NCBI GenBank assembly: GCA_052145435.1
Contig: JBKQOR010000125.1
Span: 2,872-66,871, forward strand
Direction of reading: 5' to 3'
Origin: Rhodomicrobium sp.
Lineage (GTDB): Bacteria; Pseudomonadota; Alphaproteobacteria; Rhizobiales; Rhodomicrobiaceae
Length of the DNA: 64,000 nt
A program made the translations under genes and the position numbers. Position 1 is the stretch's first letter; each line of letters begins with the position of its first letter. Below the pieces are notes generated by a model, which saw only the letters and a list, made by a program, of their open reading frames with translations, did no database searches and was not told where the DNA came from. This document shows positions 53,331 to 63,498 of the stretch, piece by piece.

Positions 53331-53479
53331 TTTTTCACTGGAGCGAACGCCGATCCACCCTCTGCGCCAGAAATCGGCGCAAGGCGCGCGCGATGCCTAT
53401 TTACTGCACTAGCCTCTTCGCCCTATCACTAGCCCAATTTTCAGATCGGCGCCTGCGGCGCGGGATAGGCTTTTGTTAC

Positions 53480-56400
53480 ATGGACAACCGAGATCAACGC
53501 GCGGGACGCGCCAAGCGTAACGCTCACGCGGGCAACGGCAGCGATCCTGCTTACGGCCACAAGACTGCGGAACGCAGCTCGAAGAAAGCCGCGGTGACGG
53601 AGAGCAGCGCAAAGCAGGCCGCACCGTGCCCGCCGAAAGCCCCTGCGGCGCTAGCAGATTCAGCCCACTACACTTCGGATGCCGAGGTCCCCGCGCAGCC
53701 GCGCGACTGGTCGAAGACCCTTTTCCTGCCCAAAACCGATTTCGGCATGAAAGCCGGCCTGCCGCAGCTCGAGCCAAAGCTCTTGCAGCGCTGGGCCGGA
53801 ATGAATCTCTACAAGCTCCTGCGCAAAGCGGCGAAGGGCCGCGAGAAGTTCATCCTTCACGACGGGCCGCCTTACGCGAACGGAAACATCCACATCGGCA
53901 CCGGCCTCAACAAAATCCTCAAAGACGCGGTGACGCGCTCCCAGCAGATGATGGGCAAGGATTCGAATTATGTGCCGGGCTGGGATTGCCACGGCCTGCC
54001 CATCGAGTGGAAAGTCGAGGAGCAATACCGCGCCAAGGGTAAGAACAAGGACGAAGTGCCGGTCAACGAGTTCAGGCGGGAATGCCGTGAGTTCGCGCAA
54101 AAGTGGATCGGCGTGCAGATGGAGGAGTTCCGCCGCCTCGGCGTCGAGGGCGATTGGCAGAACTATTATTCGACGATGGCCTATGAGGCGGAGTCCGTTA
54201 TTGCTAGTGAGCTGATGAAGTTCGCCATGAACGGGCTGCTCTATCGCGGCTCGAAGCCCGTCATGTGGTCGGTTGTCGAGCGGACCGCGCTCGCCGAGGC
54301 CGAGGTGGAATATCACGAGCACGCCAGCCCCGCGATCTGGGTGAAGTTTCCACTGAGGGATTACCAGTTCTCGTGGTTCAAATCGGACGACACTCCGGAA
54401 CTCAGCCGCCAAGTCGATCAGCTATTTAAGGCGCTTGAGGCCGGTACGAGCTTCGTGATTTGGACTACAACGCCCTGGACGATCCCAGGCAACCGTGCGA
54501 TCGCATTCTCGAAGACTATCGAGTACGGACTTTATGAGGTCACCGAGGCACCTGGAGATAATTGGACCAAGACAGGTGAGCGCTTCATCCTGGCGAGGTC
54601 TCTTGCGGATGCGTTTTTCCAAGCGGCCCGCGTCGAAAAGTGGAAGCACTTGCTGGATGTCGATCCCAAAGGGATGATTGCCTCGCACCCGCTGCACAAG
54701 GGTGGGTACGATTTCAAGGTGCCGCTGCTCGAAGGCGAGCATGTGACGGAAGATACCGGCACGGGCTTCGTGCACACCGCGCCCGGCCATGGCGCCGACG
54801 ACTTCGACATCTGGACCGCGAACGCGCGCCATTTGCAATCGCTCGGCATCGATCACGGCGTGCCGGAAACGGTTGGCGCGGACGGCTTCTATTACAGCCA
54901 TGTGCAGCTGTTTGGCGGGGCGGAGCCCAAGCGCGTCATCGACGACAAGGGTCATTTCGGCAAGCTCGACGATCTGCGCTACGGCAATGCGGCTGTCATC
55001 GCCGCGCTGAAGGAAGCCGGCGCGCTCGCCGCCATGAACCCGCGCCACAAGCACGATTACGCGCACTCCTGGCGGTCGAAGGCCCCGGTCATCTACCGCA
55101 ACACGCCGCAATGGTTCATCGCGATGGACAAGCCATTTGCCGTGAAGGGCGCAAAGCAAAAGGCGAGCCTGCGCGAGCTTGCGATGGAAGCCATCGGCGA
55201 GACGCGCTTCGTGCCGCCGCAGGGCAGCAACCGGATCGGGGGCATGGTCGAGCAGCGCCCGGATTGGCTCATCTCTCGCCAGCGCGCCTGGGGCGTGCCG
55301 ATCACGGTCTTTGTCCACAAGGAGACGGGCGAGGCGATCCCAGGCGCGAAGTTCAAGGGCTCGAAGGTGCTGCAGAAACGCATCGCGGATGCCTTCAAAG
55401 CCGAGGGTGCGGACGCTTGGTTCGCGGAGGGTGCCGCTCAGCGCTTTCTGGAGGGGCTTGTCGATAATCCGGCCGATTGGGAGCAGGTGCGCGACATTCT
55501 CGACGTTTGGTTCGACTCGGGCTCGACGCATGCCTTCTGCCTCGAAAAGCGCAAAGACCTGAAATGGCCGGCCGATCTCTATCTCGAGGGTTCCGACCAG
55601 CATCGCGGCTGGTTCCAATCCTCGCTCATGGAAAGCTGCGGCACGCGTGGCCGTGCGCCCTTCGATGCTGTGCTCACCCACGGTTTCGTGATGGACGAGC
55701 AGGGCCGGAAGATGTCGAAATCGCTCGGCAACACCGTCGCGCCGCAGGATGTCATCAAGCAATCGGGCGCCGACATCTTGCGGCTCTGGGCGCTTTCCTC
55801 CGATTACACCGAGGATTTGCGCATCGGTCCGCACATCATCCAGTCGACGGTGGACGGATACAGGAAGCTACGCAACACGCTGCGCTATCTTCTCGGCAGT
55901 CTTGCTCACTACCAGCCCGAGTTCGAGGTCGCTCATGCGGATATGCCTGAGCTTGAACGCTGGGTGCTGCACCGCGTTGCGGAGATCGATGCGCAAATCC
56001 GGCGCGATTTCAACGAGTTCGATTTCAAGCGCGCCTACCGCACTATCGCCGAGTTCTGCTCGAACGATCTTTCCGCGATCTATTTCGACATCCGTAAGGA
56101 CGCGCTTTATTGCGAGGCCTATTCGAGCCCCAAACGGCGCGCCGCGCTCTCGGTTTTGAACACGCTGTGCGAATGCCTGACCGTCTGGCTTGCCCCCATC
56201 CTCTGCTTCACAGCCGAGGAGGCCTGGCTTGCGCGCAATGGCGAGGTCAAAAATGGCTCGATCCATTTGAGGACATTCCCCGAAATCCCGTCGGGCTGGC
56301 GCGACGATGCGCTCGGTGCGAAATGGGCGAAGATTTGGACCGTGCGCCGCGCCGTCACGGGCGCACTCGAGGTCGAGCGCCGCGAGAAGCGGATCGGCGC

Positions 56401-56728
56401 GAGCCTTGAGGCGGCGCCCGACATCTACATCGGCAGCAAGGCCTTGGCCGCGGCTGCAAAGGGCGTGGACTGGGCGGAGATCGCGATCACGAGCGGGGCG
56501 GCCGTCAAGTCCGGAAAAGTGCCCGCGAATGCGTTCGCACTCGATGAGGTGGAGGGCGTCGCGGTCGTGCCGAAGCTCGCCCAGGGCAAGAAATGCGCCC
56601 GCTCCTGGCGCATCACGGACGACGTTGGCGCCGATCCGGCCTATCCGGATTTGAGCGCGCGCGATGCCGCAGCCGTGCGCGAGTTAGATGCAAGGGCCGG
56701 GCAGGAGTTAGGCGTCGAATTCCGTTGA
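53480..56728 (+). CDS. ileS: Isoleucine-tRNA ligase (type 1); start ATG 53480 or GTG 53594
   Basis: [20 protein letters not shown] (HIGH variant), [32 protein letters not shown]. Confidence 0.97.
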   Translation: MDNRDQRAGRAKRNAHAGNGSDPAYGHKTAERSSKKAAVTESSAKQAAPCPPKAPAALADSAHYTSDAEVPAQPRDWSKTLFLPKTDFGMKAGLPQLEPKLLQRWAGMNLYKLLRKAAKGREKFILHDGPPYANGNIHIGTGLNKILKDAVTRSQQMMGKDSNYVPGWDCHGLPIEWKVEEQYRAKGKNKDEVPVNEFRRECREFAQKWIGVQMEEFRRLGVEGDWQNYYSTMAYEAESVIASELMKFAMNGLLYRGSKPVMWSVVERTALAEAEVEYHEHASPAIWVKFPLRDYQFSWFKSDDTPELSRQVDQLFKALEAGTSFVIWTTTPWTIPGNRAIAFSKTIEYGLYEVTEAPGDNWTKTGERFILARSLADAFFQAARVEKWKHLLDVDPKGMIASHPLHKGGYDFKVPLLEGEHVTEDTGTGFVHTAPGHGADDFDIWTANARHLQSLGIDHGVPETVGADGFYYSHVQLFGGAEPKRVIDDKGHFGKLDDLRYGNAAVIAALKEAGALAAMNPRHKHDYAHSWRSKAPVIYRNTPQWFIAMDKPFAVKGAKQKASLRELAMEAIGETRFVPPQGSNRIGGMVEQRPDWLISRQRAWGVPITVFVHKETGEAIPGAKFKGSKVLQKRIADAFKAEGADAWFAEGAAQRFLEGLVDNPADWEQVRDILDVWFDSGSTHAFCLEKRKDLKWPADLYLEGSDQHRGWFQSSLMESCGTRGRAPFDAVLTHGFVMDEQGRKMSKSLGNTVAPQDVIKQSGADILRLWALSSDYTEDLRIGPHIIQSTVDGYRKLRNTLRYLLGSLAHYQPEFEVAHADMPELERWVLHRVAEIDAQIRRDFNEFDFKRAYRTIAEFCSNDLSAIYFDIRKDALYCEAYSSPKRRAALSVLNTLCECLTVWLAPILCFTAEEAWLARNGEVKNGSIHLRTFPEIPSGWRDDALGAKWAKIWTVRRAVTGALEVERREKRIGASLEAAPDIYIGSKALAAAAKGVDWAEIAITSGAAVKSGKVPANAFALDEVEGVAVVPKLAQGKKCARSWRITDDVGADPAYPDLSARDAAAVRELDARAGQELGVEFR

Positions 56729-56804
56729 AAGTGCAGCGCCGGCTATCTAGGTTCTGGACGCACCGCTTTGTGTTTAAAACGTAATCTGCACGATGGGAGT
56801 CCCA

Positions 56805-57290
56805 ATGAGAATGGCATGGAAGGCCGCGGCAGCGGCAGTATTGTTTGTGACCTTTGCTCAGGCACAGGAATATAAACAAGGCGATCTTACGGTCGGGCAT
56901 CCCTGGGCAAGACCCACGGCGGGGACGAATATGCTCGGCGCGGCCTATCTGACCTTAACGAACGGCGGCAAGGAAGCCGATACGCTTAAGTCCGCCTCCT
57001 CTGCTGATGCGGATAAGGTTGAAATTCACGAGCATATTCACGATGCCGAAGGCGTAATGCGGATGCGCGCCGTCGAGGGCGGGCTCGCTATTCCTGCTGG
57101 AGGGACGGTCGAATTCAAGCCAGGCGGCTATCACCTCATGCTCATCGGCCTGAAGCATAATCTCGAGGACGGCCAGAACTTTCCGCTGAAGCTCACTTTC
57201 GAGCATGCGGGGGCTGTCGATGTCGAGGTCAAAATCGAGAAGAAGGCCGGCGCCGATAGCAGCATGGGCATGCACGATCATCATCACTGA
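56805..57290 (+). CDS. Periplasmic copper chaperone PCu(A)C
   Basis: Signal peptide, HPWARPT, EIHEH...VMRM, PGGYHLML, C-terminal MGMHDHHH. Confidence 0.92.
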   Translation: MRMAWKAAAAAVLFVTFAQAQEYKQGDLTVGHPWARPTAGTNMLGAAYLTLTNGGKEADTLKSASSADADKVEIHEHIHDAEGVMRMRAVEGGLAIPAGGTVEFKPGGYHLMLIGLKHNLEDGQNFPLKLTFEHAGAVDVEVKIEKKAGADSSMGMHDHHH

Positions 57291-57355
57291 GGCACACGGT
57301 CCCACCTTCCGGGCGCGCGAAAAAATGGAACGCTCGCGGAAGCACACTGTTGCCG

Positions 57356-57583
57356 TGGCCGGGCTTGATGCATCGCTGTCCGGTTCGTTTCTCTTTTGCG
57401 CTACTGGCCCGGCGTTCGATGTCACCCTGGAAAGGCGCTTGCGCCTTATCCGAAGTCTTGCCCAGAACTCCGCCTTTATTTGCCGCAAGATCGCGGATAA
57501 GACCCGTTCCGGGCCTTATCCGCGATGACGATGTTGAAATGTCCGCGGAATTACACCGGGCAGACGTGGGCAAGCCAGGCCAT
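57356..57583. repeat. About 205-230 bp MITE-like structured repeat, copy 1
   Basis: Imperfect TIRs (TGGCCGGGCTTG...CTGTCCGGT / ACCGGGCAG...CAAGCCAGGCCA). Core 57378-57583 aligns with 58422-58625. Confidence 0.75.
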
Positions 57584-57670
57584 GATGTTGGGGGGTAAAA
57601 TTCGGTTTCTTCACACCCGCCTTCGAGCGTGTGAATAAGTCGACTGCCGAAGCATTGCAAGGAGCGCAAC

Positions 57671-57751
57671 CGTCATTCCCGCGAAGGCGGGAATCCATTT
57701 CTCCCGTTGGAACTAGAATTTGTATGGATACCCGCCTTCACGGGTACGACG
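57671..57751. repeat. REP-like element CGTCATTCCCGCGAAGGCGGGAATCCA...TGGATACCCGCCTTCACGGGTACGACG
   Basis: Imperfect inverted repeat, with an extra half-site CGGGAATGAC at 57812-57821. Confidence 0.75.
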
Positions 57752-57853
57752 CTGCGGCCCAGAATTCCGGCGCCTTCGGAAAGTCCGGCAATTTTTTAAC
57801 ACGCTCGCAGACGGGAATGACACTCCGCCGGTCACCGTCGATGTCCGCCAGTT

Positions 57854-58159
57854 TTACGCCAACTGGCGGCTTTGGCTGTGCAGGTCTTGGCGCTTGGGCG
57901 CTTCCGCCGCTGGAGCGCAACAGGGTTCAAAGGATGTCAGAGAAGCGGAAACATCCTTTAAAAACAGTCTCCCAAGAATGGGAAACCAGAACACGGAATG
58001 GGCCACGGCCATCACCAAGTACATGAACCACATGCTTGTCAGGAAGCCGTATGGGCCGGGGACCGTGCATAAGGGTGAGGGCTGCCCATAGTTCACAACG
58101 GCCAGCATCAGGAAAACTGGCATGGCGGCAAGCTGTAGCATCCGGCGCGATGTGTCCAT
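57854..58159 (-). CDS. Small two-helix membrane protein with Cys/Met/His motif
   Basis: LAAMPVFLMLA...LC...SMWFMYLVMAVAHSVFW. Resembles a widespread uncharacterised small membrane family (from memory, not searched). Confidence 0.65.
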   Translation of the reverse strand: MDTSRRMLQLAAMPVFLMLAVVNYGQPSPLCTVPGPYGFLTSMWFMYLVMAVAHSVFWFPILGRLFLKDVSASLTSFEPCCAPAAEAPKRQDLHSQSRQLA

Positions 58160-58421
58160 AATTCTGGGTGTCCCTATTGGAGTGCCACCTTTTCGATCCT
58201 GATGTGGCTATCATGAAATGCCGCGCCGCCAAAGCGCACCGGCGTCGCACCCTGGGGTAAGGGTTTCGTCGCGCTTAGGTTCCGCGCCCGGGAGGCAGGG
58301 CAGCAAAAATCCATAGCTGGGGTCGGACTTTCCGGCGGTGCGCAGGCGAGAGCGAAAAACGGGGTAAACAACAAACCGGGTGCCCAGGCCGCGCTTAGTT
58401 CCCCGATCGAACGCCATGGCC

Positions 58422-58625
58422 GTCCGGTTCGTTTCTCTTTTGCGCTACCGGCCTGGCATTCGATGTCACCCCGGAAAAACGCTTGCGCCTTATCTGGGGG
58501 CTTGCCCAAAACGTCGCCTTTATTTGCCGCAAGATCGCGGATAAGGCCCGTCGCGCCTTTGCGCGATGGCGATGTTGAAATGTCTGCGAAATTAAACCGG
58601 ACAGCCGTGGGGCAAGCCCAGCCAT
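58422..58625. repeat. About 205 bp MITE-like structured repeat, copy 2
   Basis: Direct-orientation copy of 57378-57583, starting with the identical 26-mer GTCCGGTTCGTTTCTCTTTTGCGCTA. Confidence 0.75.
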
Positions 58626-58638
58626 TGCGGGGCGGGCG

Positions 58639-59061
58639 TTAGCCGACGATCTCGCTTTCCTCGAAAACAAGCGCGATCTCCTGGACGGCGTTGTCCAGGC
58701 TATCGGAGCCATGCACCGAATTGCGCTCGATGTTCTCGGCAAACTCCTTGCGGATGGTGCCGGGCGCTGCGTTGGCGGGGTTGGTTGCGCCCATGATTTC
58801 GCGGTTCCGGGCCACCGCATTCTCGCCTTCGAGAACTTGCAACACGATCGGGCCCGAGGTCATGAAGGCGACCAGATCCTTGAAAAACGGGCGCGCCTTG
58901 TGCACGGCATAGAACGCGGCTGCGTCGGTCTCGTCCCAGTGCACGCGCTTCTGCGCGACGATGCGAAGCCCGGCCTCCTCCAGCTTGGCGATGATCTTTC
59001 CGGTGATATTGCGGGCGGTTGCGTCAGGCTTGATGATTGAAAGGGTGCGTTCGAGCGCCAT
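58639..59061 (-). CDS. ndk: Nucleoside diphosphate kinase
   Basis: [30 protein letters not shown]. Confidence 0.97.
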   Translation of the reverse strand: MALERTLSIIKPDATARNITGKIIAKLEEAGLRIVAQKRVHWDETDAAAFYAVHKARPFFKDLVAFMTSGPIVLQVLEGENAVARNREIMGATNPANAAPGTIRKEFAENIERNSVHGSDSLDNAVQEIALVFEESEIVG

Positions 59062-59278
59062 GGGTTCGCCTTTGAGAGTTGGATAGGGTTGCCGGTACGG
59101 CAGCGATAATGCGTATAGCGGTCGGCTGATGCAGCGGCTTATAGCAGGAGCCCCGCTGCCTGGGCAAGCAGGGCAAGCCGTCCGCGCGGCGTCTTTCACG
59201 CCAAACCTCCCGCTGGCACATTTGAGGCGGGAACGTGTTTATAAAACCGTTACGGGCCCGGTTTACATCAAGCAGACA

Positions 59279-59488
59279 ATGGACCCAGGAAAAGCCCTTA
59301 TTATGCTCGGCGCCGTGCTCATTGCAGCGGGCCTTGTCTGGCTGGCGGTAGCGCGGCTAGGGCTTGGACATCTGCCGGGCGACATCCTCATCGAGCGCGG
59401 CAATTTCCGGCTCTATTTGCCGCTTGGCACATCGGTGCTGATCAGCATCGTCCTGAGCCTTGTCATCTGGCTGCTCGGGCGGCTATAG
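59279..59488 (+). CDS. DUF2905 small membrane protein
   Basis: GLGHLPGDILIERGNFRLYLPLGTSVLIS. Confidence 0.85.
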   Translation: MDPGKALIMLGAVLIAAGLVWLAVARLGLGHLPGDILIERGNFRLYLPLGTSVLISIVLSLVIWLLGRL

Positions 59489-60634
59489 CGGGAAGAGACG
59501 GACTTCCTTGTTCTCGATGCCGAGCGCGAGTTTGCCAGTTTTGAGTGCCAACGCCTTTTCGCCGAAGAATTGCAGCCTCCAGCCCTTGAGCGCCGGGATA
59601 TCGGGGTGGTCGAATTGGGCGAGCTTTTCGAGGTCGTCCGAACTTGCCAAGAGCTTCGAAGCGATGTTCAACTCGGCCGATACGGCTTTGAGCAGAACCC
59701 GCAGAAGCTCGACCGTCGCCGACGCCGAGGCGGGCAGCTCAGCGTGCCCGTCCGGCATGACAATATCGGAAGGATCGTGAGCGAGCGCGGACGCCACGCA
59801 ACGCAAAATAGCCTCGCCACGCCCCTTGAAGCTCTCGCGGACGGTCCGCAGCCTGGAAAGAGCGTCGAGCGATCTTGGCGCGTGCTTTGCTATCTCATAG
59901 ATCGCCTCGTCCTTGAGTACCCGCCCGCGCGGCACGTTCTCGGATTGCGCGGCGCGTTCGCGCCAGGCCGAAAGCTCGATGATAATGGCTTTGCCGAGGC
60001 GCGACTTGCCGCCGAGCTTCATGCGTTTCCATGCGTCGGCGGGATCGAAGGCATAGGTCTTGGGGTCGGTCAGGAACGCGACTTCCTCCTCAAGCCAGGA
60101 TTCGCGCCCGGTTTCTTGAAGCCGCTGTGTCATCTTGACATAGATGTCGCGCAAATAGGTGACATCGCCGAGCGCATATTCGAGCTGGCGCGGGCCAATG
60201 GGGCGGACGCACCAATCCACGGACTGATAGGTTTTGTCGTGAGTGCGCTTGAGAAGCTTTTTGACGAGCGCGCCGTAGGAAATGGCCTCGCCGTGACCGA
60301 GTGCCATGGCGGCGATCTGCGTGTCGAAAATCGGATGGGGGATGATGCCCGCCTCTTGATACACGATCTCGATATCCTGGCGCGCCGCGTGGAATACCTT
60401 GACCACCGCTTCGTTCGCCATCAGCGCGTAGAAGCTCGATAGATCGACGGGCGCAAGCGGATCGACAGCGACCTCAACCCCTTCACCTGCCAGCTGAATA
60501 AGGCACAGCTTCGGCCTATAGGTAGTCTGCCGGAGAAACTCGGTGTCTACCGCGACGAAGGGCTGGCGGCTGAGATGCGCGCAGGCTTGCTGCAGGTGTC
60601 CGGTAGACGTGACGATGGCGGGTAGATCGATCAT
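59483..60634 (-). CDS. rnd: Ribonuclease D
   Basis: VAVDTEFLRQTTY, LCLIQ, FHAARQD, FDTQIAA, YALGDV, HRDC domain. Confidence 0.95.
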   Translation of the reverse strand: MIDLPAIVTSTGHLQQACAHLSRQPFVAVDTEFLRQTTYRPKLCLIQLAGEGVEVAVDPLAPVDLSSFYALMANEAVVKVFHAARQDIEIVYQEAGIIPHPIFDTQIAAMALGHGEAISYGALVKKLLKRTHDKTYQSVDWCVRPIGPRQLEYALGDVTYLRDIYVKMTQRLQETGRESWLEEEVAFLTDPKTYAFDPADAWKRMKLGGKSRLGKAIIIELSAWRERAAQSENVPRGRVLKDEAIYEIAKHAPRSLDALSRLRTVRESFKGRGEAILRCVASALAHDPSDIVMPDGHAELPASASATVELLRVLLKAVSAELNIASKLLASSDDLEKLAQFDHPDIPALKGWRLQFFGEKALALKTGKLALGIENKEVRLFPL

Positions 60635-60846
60635 AGGCCAGTTATAGCTCAAGTTGTGGGATGTAGCCTAGATACGGTGTGCAACCTTGACAAATATGGC
60701 GCTGCATGCCCTGCTCCGGGCGGAATTCCGGTTTGCGCCGCTGAGTGCGCGTGAACGCTGGGTGTGTTCTTTTTAAGCTGCTTTTGCGGCCATTTGCTAG
60801 AAATTGGGCGACGCAGAGGCACATTAGGTCCAAGAGGGTGAGATCT

Positions 60847-62868
60847 GTGGAAAAATCCGCTCAGCGCGGGCGCGCGAAATCTGCTGTTTCCGAAAAGAAG
60901 CCGGCCGCTATGGCCGCGCCTAAGGCCGCCAAGGCCGCGGATAGAAAAAAGAATGGCGCGGGAGGGGCGGCCGCGGCGAAAGCGGACGGTGCGGGTGCCG
61001 CGATGCACGCCTATCGCAGCGTCACCTGCGGCGCGCTCCGCAAAGCGGACGCCGGCAAGATAGTGCGCCTCTCGGGCTGGGTGCATCGCGTGCGCGATCA
61101 TGGCGGGCTCTTGTTTATCGATTTGCGCGATCATTATGGGCTGACGCAATGCGTCGTCGATCCGGGAGACGCGGCGTTCCCGTTCGCCGAAGAGGTCCGC
61201 GCCGAATGGGTCGCGCGCATCGACGGCAAGGTTGTCCCACGCGAAGGCGATACGGTCAACCCGAACCTGCCCACCGGCGAGGTGGAGGTGCGGATCGCGG
61301 CGCTCGATGTGCTCTCGAAGGCCGACGAGCTGCCGCTGCCCGTGTTCGGCGAGCCGGACTATCCAGAGGATACGCGGCTCAAATACCGCTTTCTTGATCT
61401 GCGGCGGGATACCATCCACCGCAACATCATGAAGCGCGCGGCCATCGTCTCCTCGCTCAGGCGCCGCATGAACGAGGCGAGCTTCTTCGAGTTCCAGACG
61501 CCGATCCTGACCGCATCGTCGCCCGAGGGCGCGCGCGACTTTCTCGTGCCGTCGCGCATGCATCCGGGCAAGTTCTATGCGCTGCCGCAGGCGCCGCAGC
61601 AATTCAAGCAACTCATCATGATCGCGGGCTTCGACCGCTATTTCCAAATCGCACCTTGCTTCCGCGACGAGGATGCGCGCGCCGACCGGAGCCCGGGCGA
61701 ATTCTATCAGCTCGATATCGAGATGAGCTTTGTCACGCAGGAAGACGTGTTCGGCGCGGTCGAGCCCGTCTTGCGCGGGCTGTTCGAGGAGTTCGGCGAC
61801 GGCAAACCCGTGACGCAGAAATTTCCGCACATTCCCTATGACGAGGCCATCGCCAAATACGGCACCGACAAGCCCGATCTGCGCAACCCCATCGTCATGG
61901 CCGATGTGAGCGAACACTTCCGGGGATCGGGCTTCAAGGTCTTCGCCGGCATGCTAGATAAAGCGCCGAAGGCTAGCGTCTGGGCAATTCCAGCACCAGG
62001 AGGAGAAAGCCGCGCATTTTGCGATCGCATGAACGGTTGGGCGCAGAAGGAAGGCCAGCCTGGACTTGGTTATATCTCCTATCGGAAGCACGTCCGTTCC
62101 GATCCTGAAAAGGTCAAGAATACAATTCTGGAGGATGTCCAAAGCGAACCGCATTATGAGTTCGATAGCTTTGGACCAATCGCCAAGAACATAGGTGCGG
62201 AGCGAGCTGAAGCGATAAGGCTGCAGTTGGGCTTAGATAAGGACGGTGCAGTGTTCTTCGTAGGCGGCGATCCGGCGAAGTTTTATAAATTCGCGGGCGA
62301 GGCGAGGAACAAGATCGGCGCCGAGCTGAACCTTACGCAAAAGGACCGGTTCGAGTTCTGCTGGATCACCGATTTCCCCTTCTACGAGTGGAACGAGGAC
62401 GACAAAAAGATCGACTTCTCGCATAACCCCTTCTCCATGCCGCAAGGCGGGCTCGAAGCTCTCGAAGCTGCGAGGAAGAAGGGCGAAGAGGCGCTCTTGG
62501 GCCTGAAGGCCTTCCAATACGACGTTGTTTGCAACGGCGTGGAGCTATCCTCCGGTGCGATCCGGAACCACAAGCCCGAGCTCATGTACAAGGCTTTCGA
62601 GATCGCAGGCTATGGGCCCGAGGTGGTAGACGCGAAATTCGGCGGCATGATCCGCGCGCTGAAATTCGGCGCCCCGCCGCATGGAGGCATCGCACCGGGC
62701 ATCGACCGCATGGTGATGCTGCTCTGCGGCGCCGATAACTTGCGCGACGTGACCATGTTCCCGCTGAACCAGCAGGCCGAAGACCTGCTGATGGGCGCGC
62801 CGTCGGAAGTCAGCGCGAAACAGCTCCGCGAGCTGCACATCCGCCTGAATTTGCCGAAGAAGGAGTAG
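60847..62868 (+). CDS. aspS: Aspartate-tRNA ligase, probably non-discriminating Asp/Asn; start GTG 60847 or ATG 61003
   Basis: YRSVTCG, RVRDHGG (His as in non-discriminating enzymes), [30 protein letters not shown]. Confidence 0.97.
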   Translation: MEKSAQRGRAKSAVSEKKPAAMAAPKAAKAADRKKNGAGGAAAAKADGAGAAMHAYRSVTCGALRKADAGKIVRLSGWVHRVRDHGGLLFIDLRDHYGLTQCVVDPGDAAFPFAEEVRAEWVARIDGKVVPREGDTVNPNLPTGEVEVRIAALDVLSKADELPLPVFGEPDYPEDTRLKYRFLDLRRDTIHRNIMKRAAIVSSLRRRMNEASFFEFQTPILTASSPEGARDFLVPSRMHPGKFYALPQAPQQFKQLIMIAGFDRYFQIAPCFRDEDARADRSPGEFYQLDIEMSFVTQEDVFGAVEPVLRGLFEEFGDGKPVTQKFPHIPYDEAIAKYGTDKPDLRNPIVMADVSEHFRGSGFKVFAGMLDKAPKASVWAIPAPGGESRAFCDRMNGWAQKEGQPGLGYISYRKHVRSDPEKVKNTILEDVQSEPHYEFDSFGPIAKNIGAERAEAIRLQLGLDKDGAVFFVGGDPAKFYKFAGEARNKIGAELNLTQKDRFEFCWITDFPFYEWNEDDKKIDFSHNPFSMPQGGLEALEAARKKGEEALLGLKAFQYDVVCNGVELSSGAIRNHKPELMYKAFEIAGYGPEVVDAKFGGMIRALKFGAPPHGGIAPGIDRMVMLLCGADNLRDVTMFPLNQQAEDLLMGAPSEVSAKQLRELHIRLNLPKKE

Positions 62869-62879
62869 GCGCTCGCCTT

Positions 62880-63437
62880 CTACGAGCCGAACATATCGCC
62901 GATTGGGATCGAGAGGCCGGGCGGGTCGAGCGCAAGATCGCCCTCCCGCAAGATAGCGGTGAGGATCAAGCCATTCTCGCCGCGCCGGTGGTGAAAAACA
63001 ATGCGATCCGCAACGTCCACAACGACATAGTGCCTGATAGAAGCAACCTTGAAATAGCCATTCAGCTTTATATGCTTGTCTACTCTCTTAGTGGAGGGAG
63101 AAAGCACCTCGATAACCACAATTGGATTGGACAGAAATCGGGCGTCATCTTCCAGCCGCTCGCCGCAATTGACGGAGACGTCCGGAATATAGGCGGTGTT
63201 GTCGTCCACCAAAACGCCAGGGCCTTCGCTGAAGACTTCGCAAGGCGCTTGGGCGGAATTTACCGCTGCAGAAGTCGCACTAGCCGTGGACATAATCGCG
63301 CGCGCATGCTGCGCGGTTCCCGGCGCCATGGCAACTGGCACACCGTGGTCCAGTTCGTACCTGCAATCGGTGGGCAATGCGTCCACCCAACTCAGGAAAT
63401 CCGTCACGGTCATCTTCTGCTTCGGGATCGCTGTCAT
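62880..63437 (-). CDS. Uma2 family (PD-(D/E)XK) endonuclease
   Basis: YELDHGVPVAMAP...H, YIPDVSV, VIEVLSPST...D...K...Y. Confidence 0.9.
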   Translation of the reverse strand: MTAIPKQKMTVTDFLSWVDALPTDCRYELDHGVPVAMAPGTAQHARAIMSTASATSAAVNSAQAPCEVFSEGPGVLVDDNTAYIPDVSVNCGERLEDDARFLSNPIVVIEVLSPSTKRVDKHIKLNGYFKVASIRHYVVVDVADRIVFHHRRGENGLILTAILREGDLALDPPGLSIPIGDMFGS

Positions 63438-63498
63438 GCGGCAGATATACCACGAATGCACGTGAGGAACGATAGCGACAACCGTTGCCAGGATGGGG

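Noticed and set aside
56580-56690. IleRS C-terminal zinc finger with only one Cys (CARSW...LSARD)
   Set aside because: This degenerate form is common in alphaproteobacterial IleRS, to my knowledge.
58160-58420. Possible cobalamin or other riboswitch upstream of the small membrane gene
   Set aside because: The conserved B12-box elements are not present on either strand; only two short similar motifs (CGCGCTTAG-G/T-TTCC) were seen.
31118-58625. Repeats considered as a CRISPR array
   Set aside because: Copies are dispersed over kilobases, with no regular repeat-spacer period and no cas genes.
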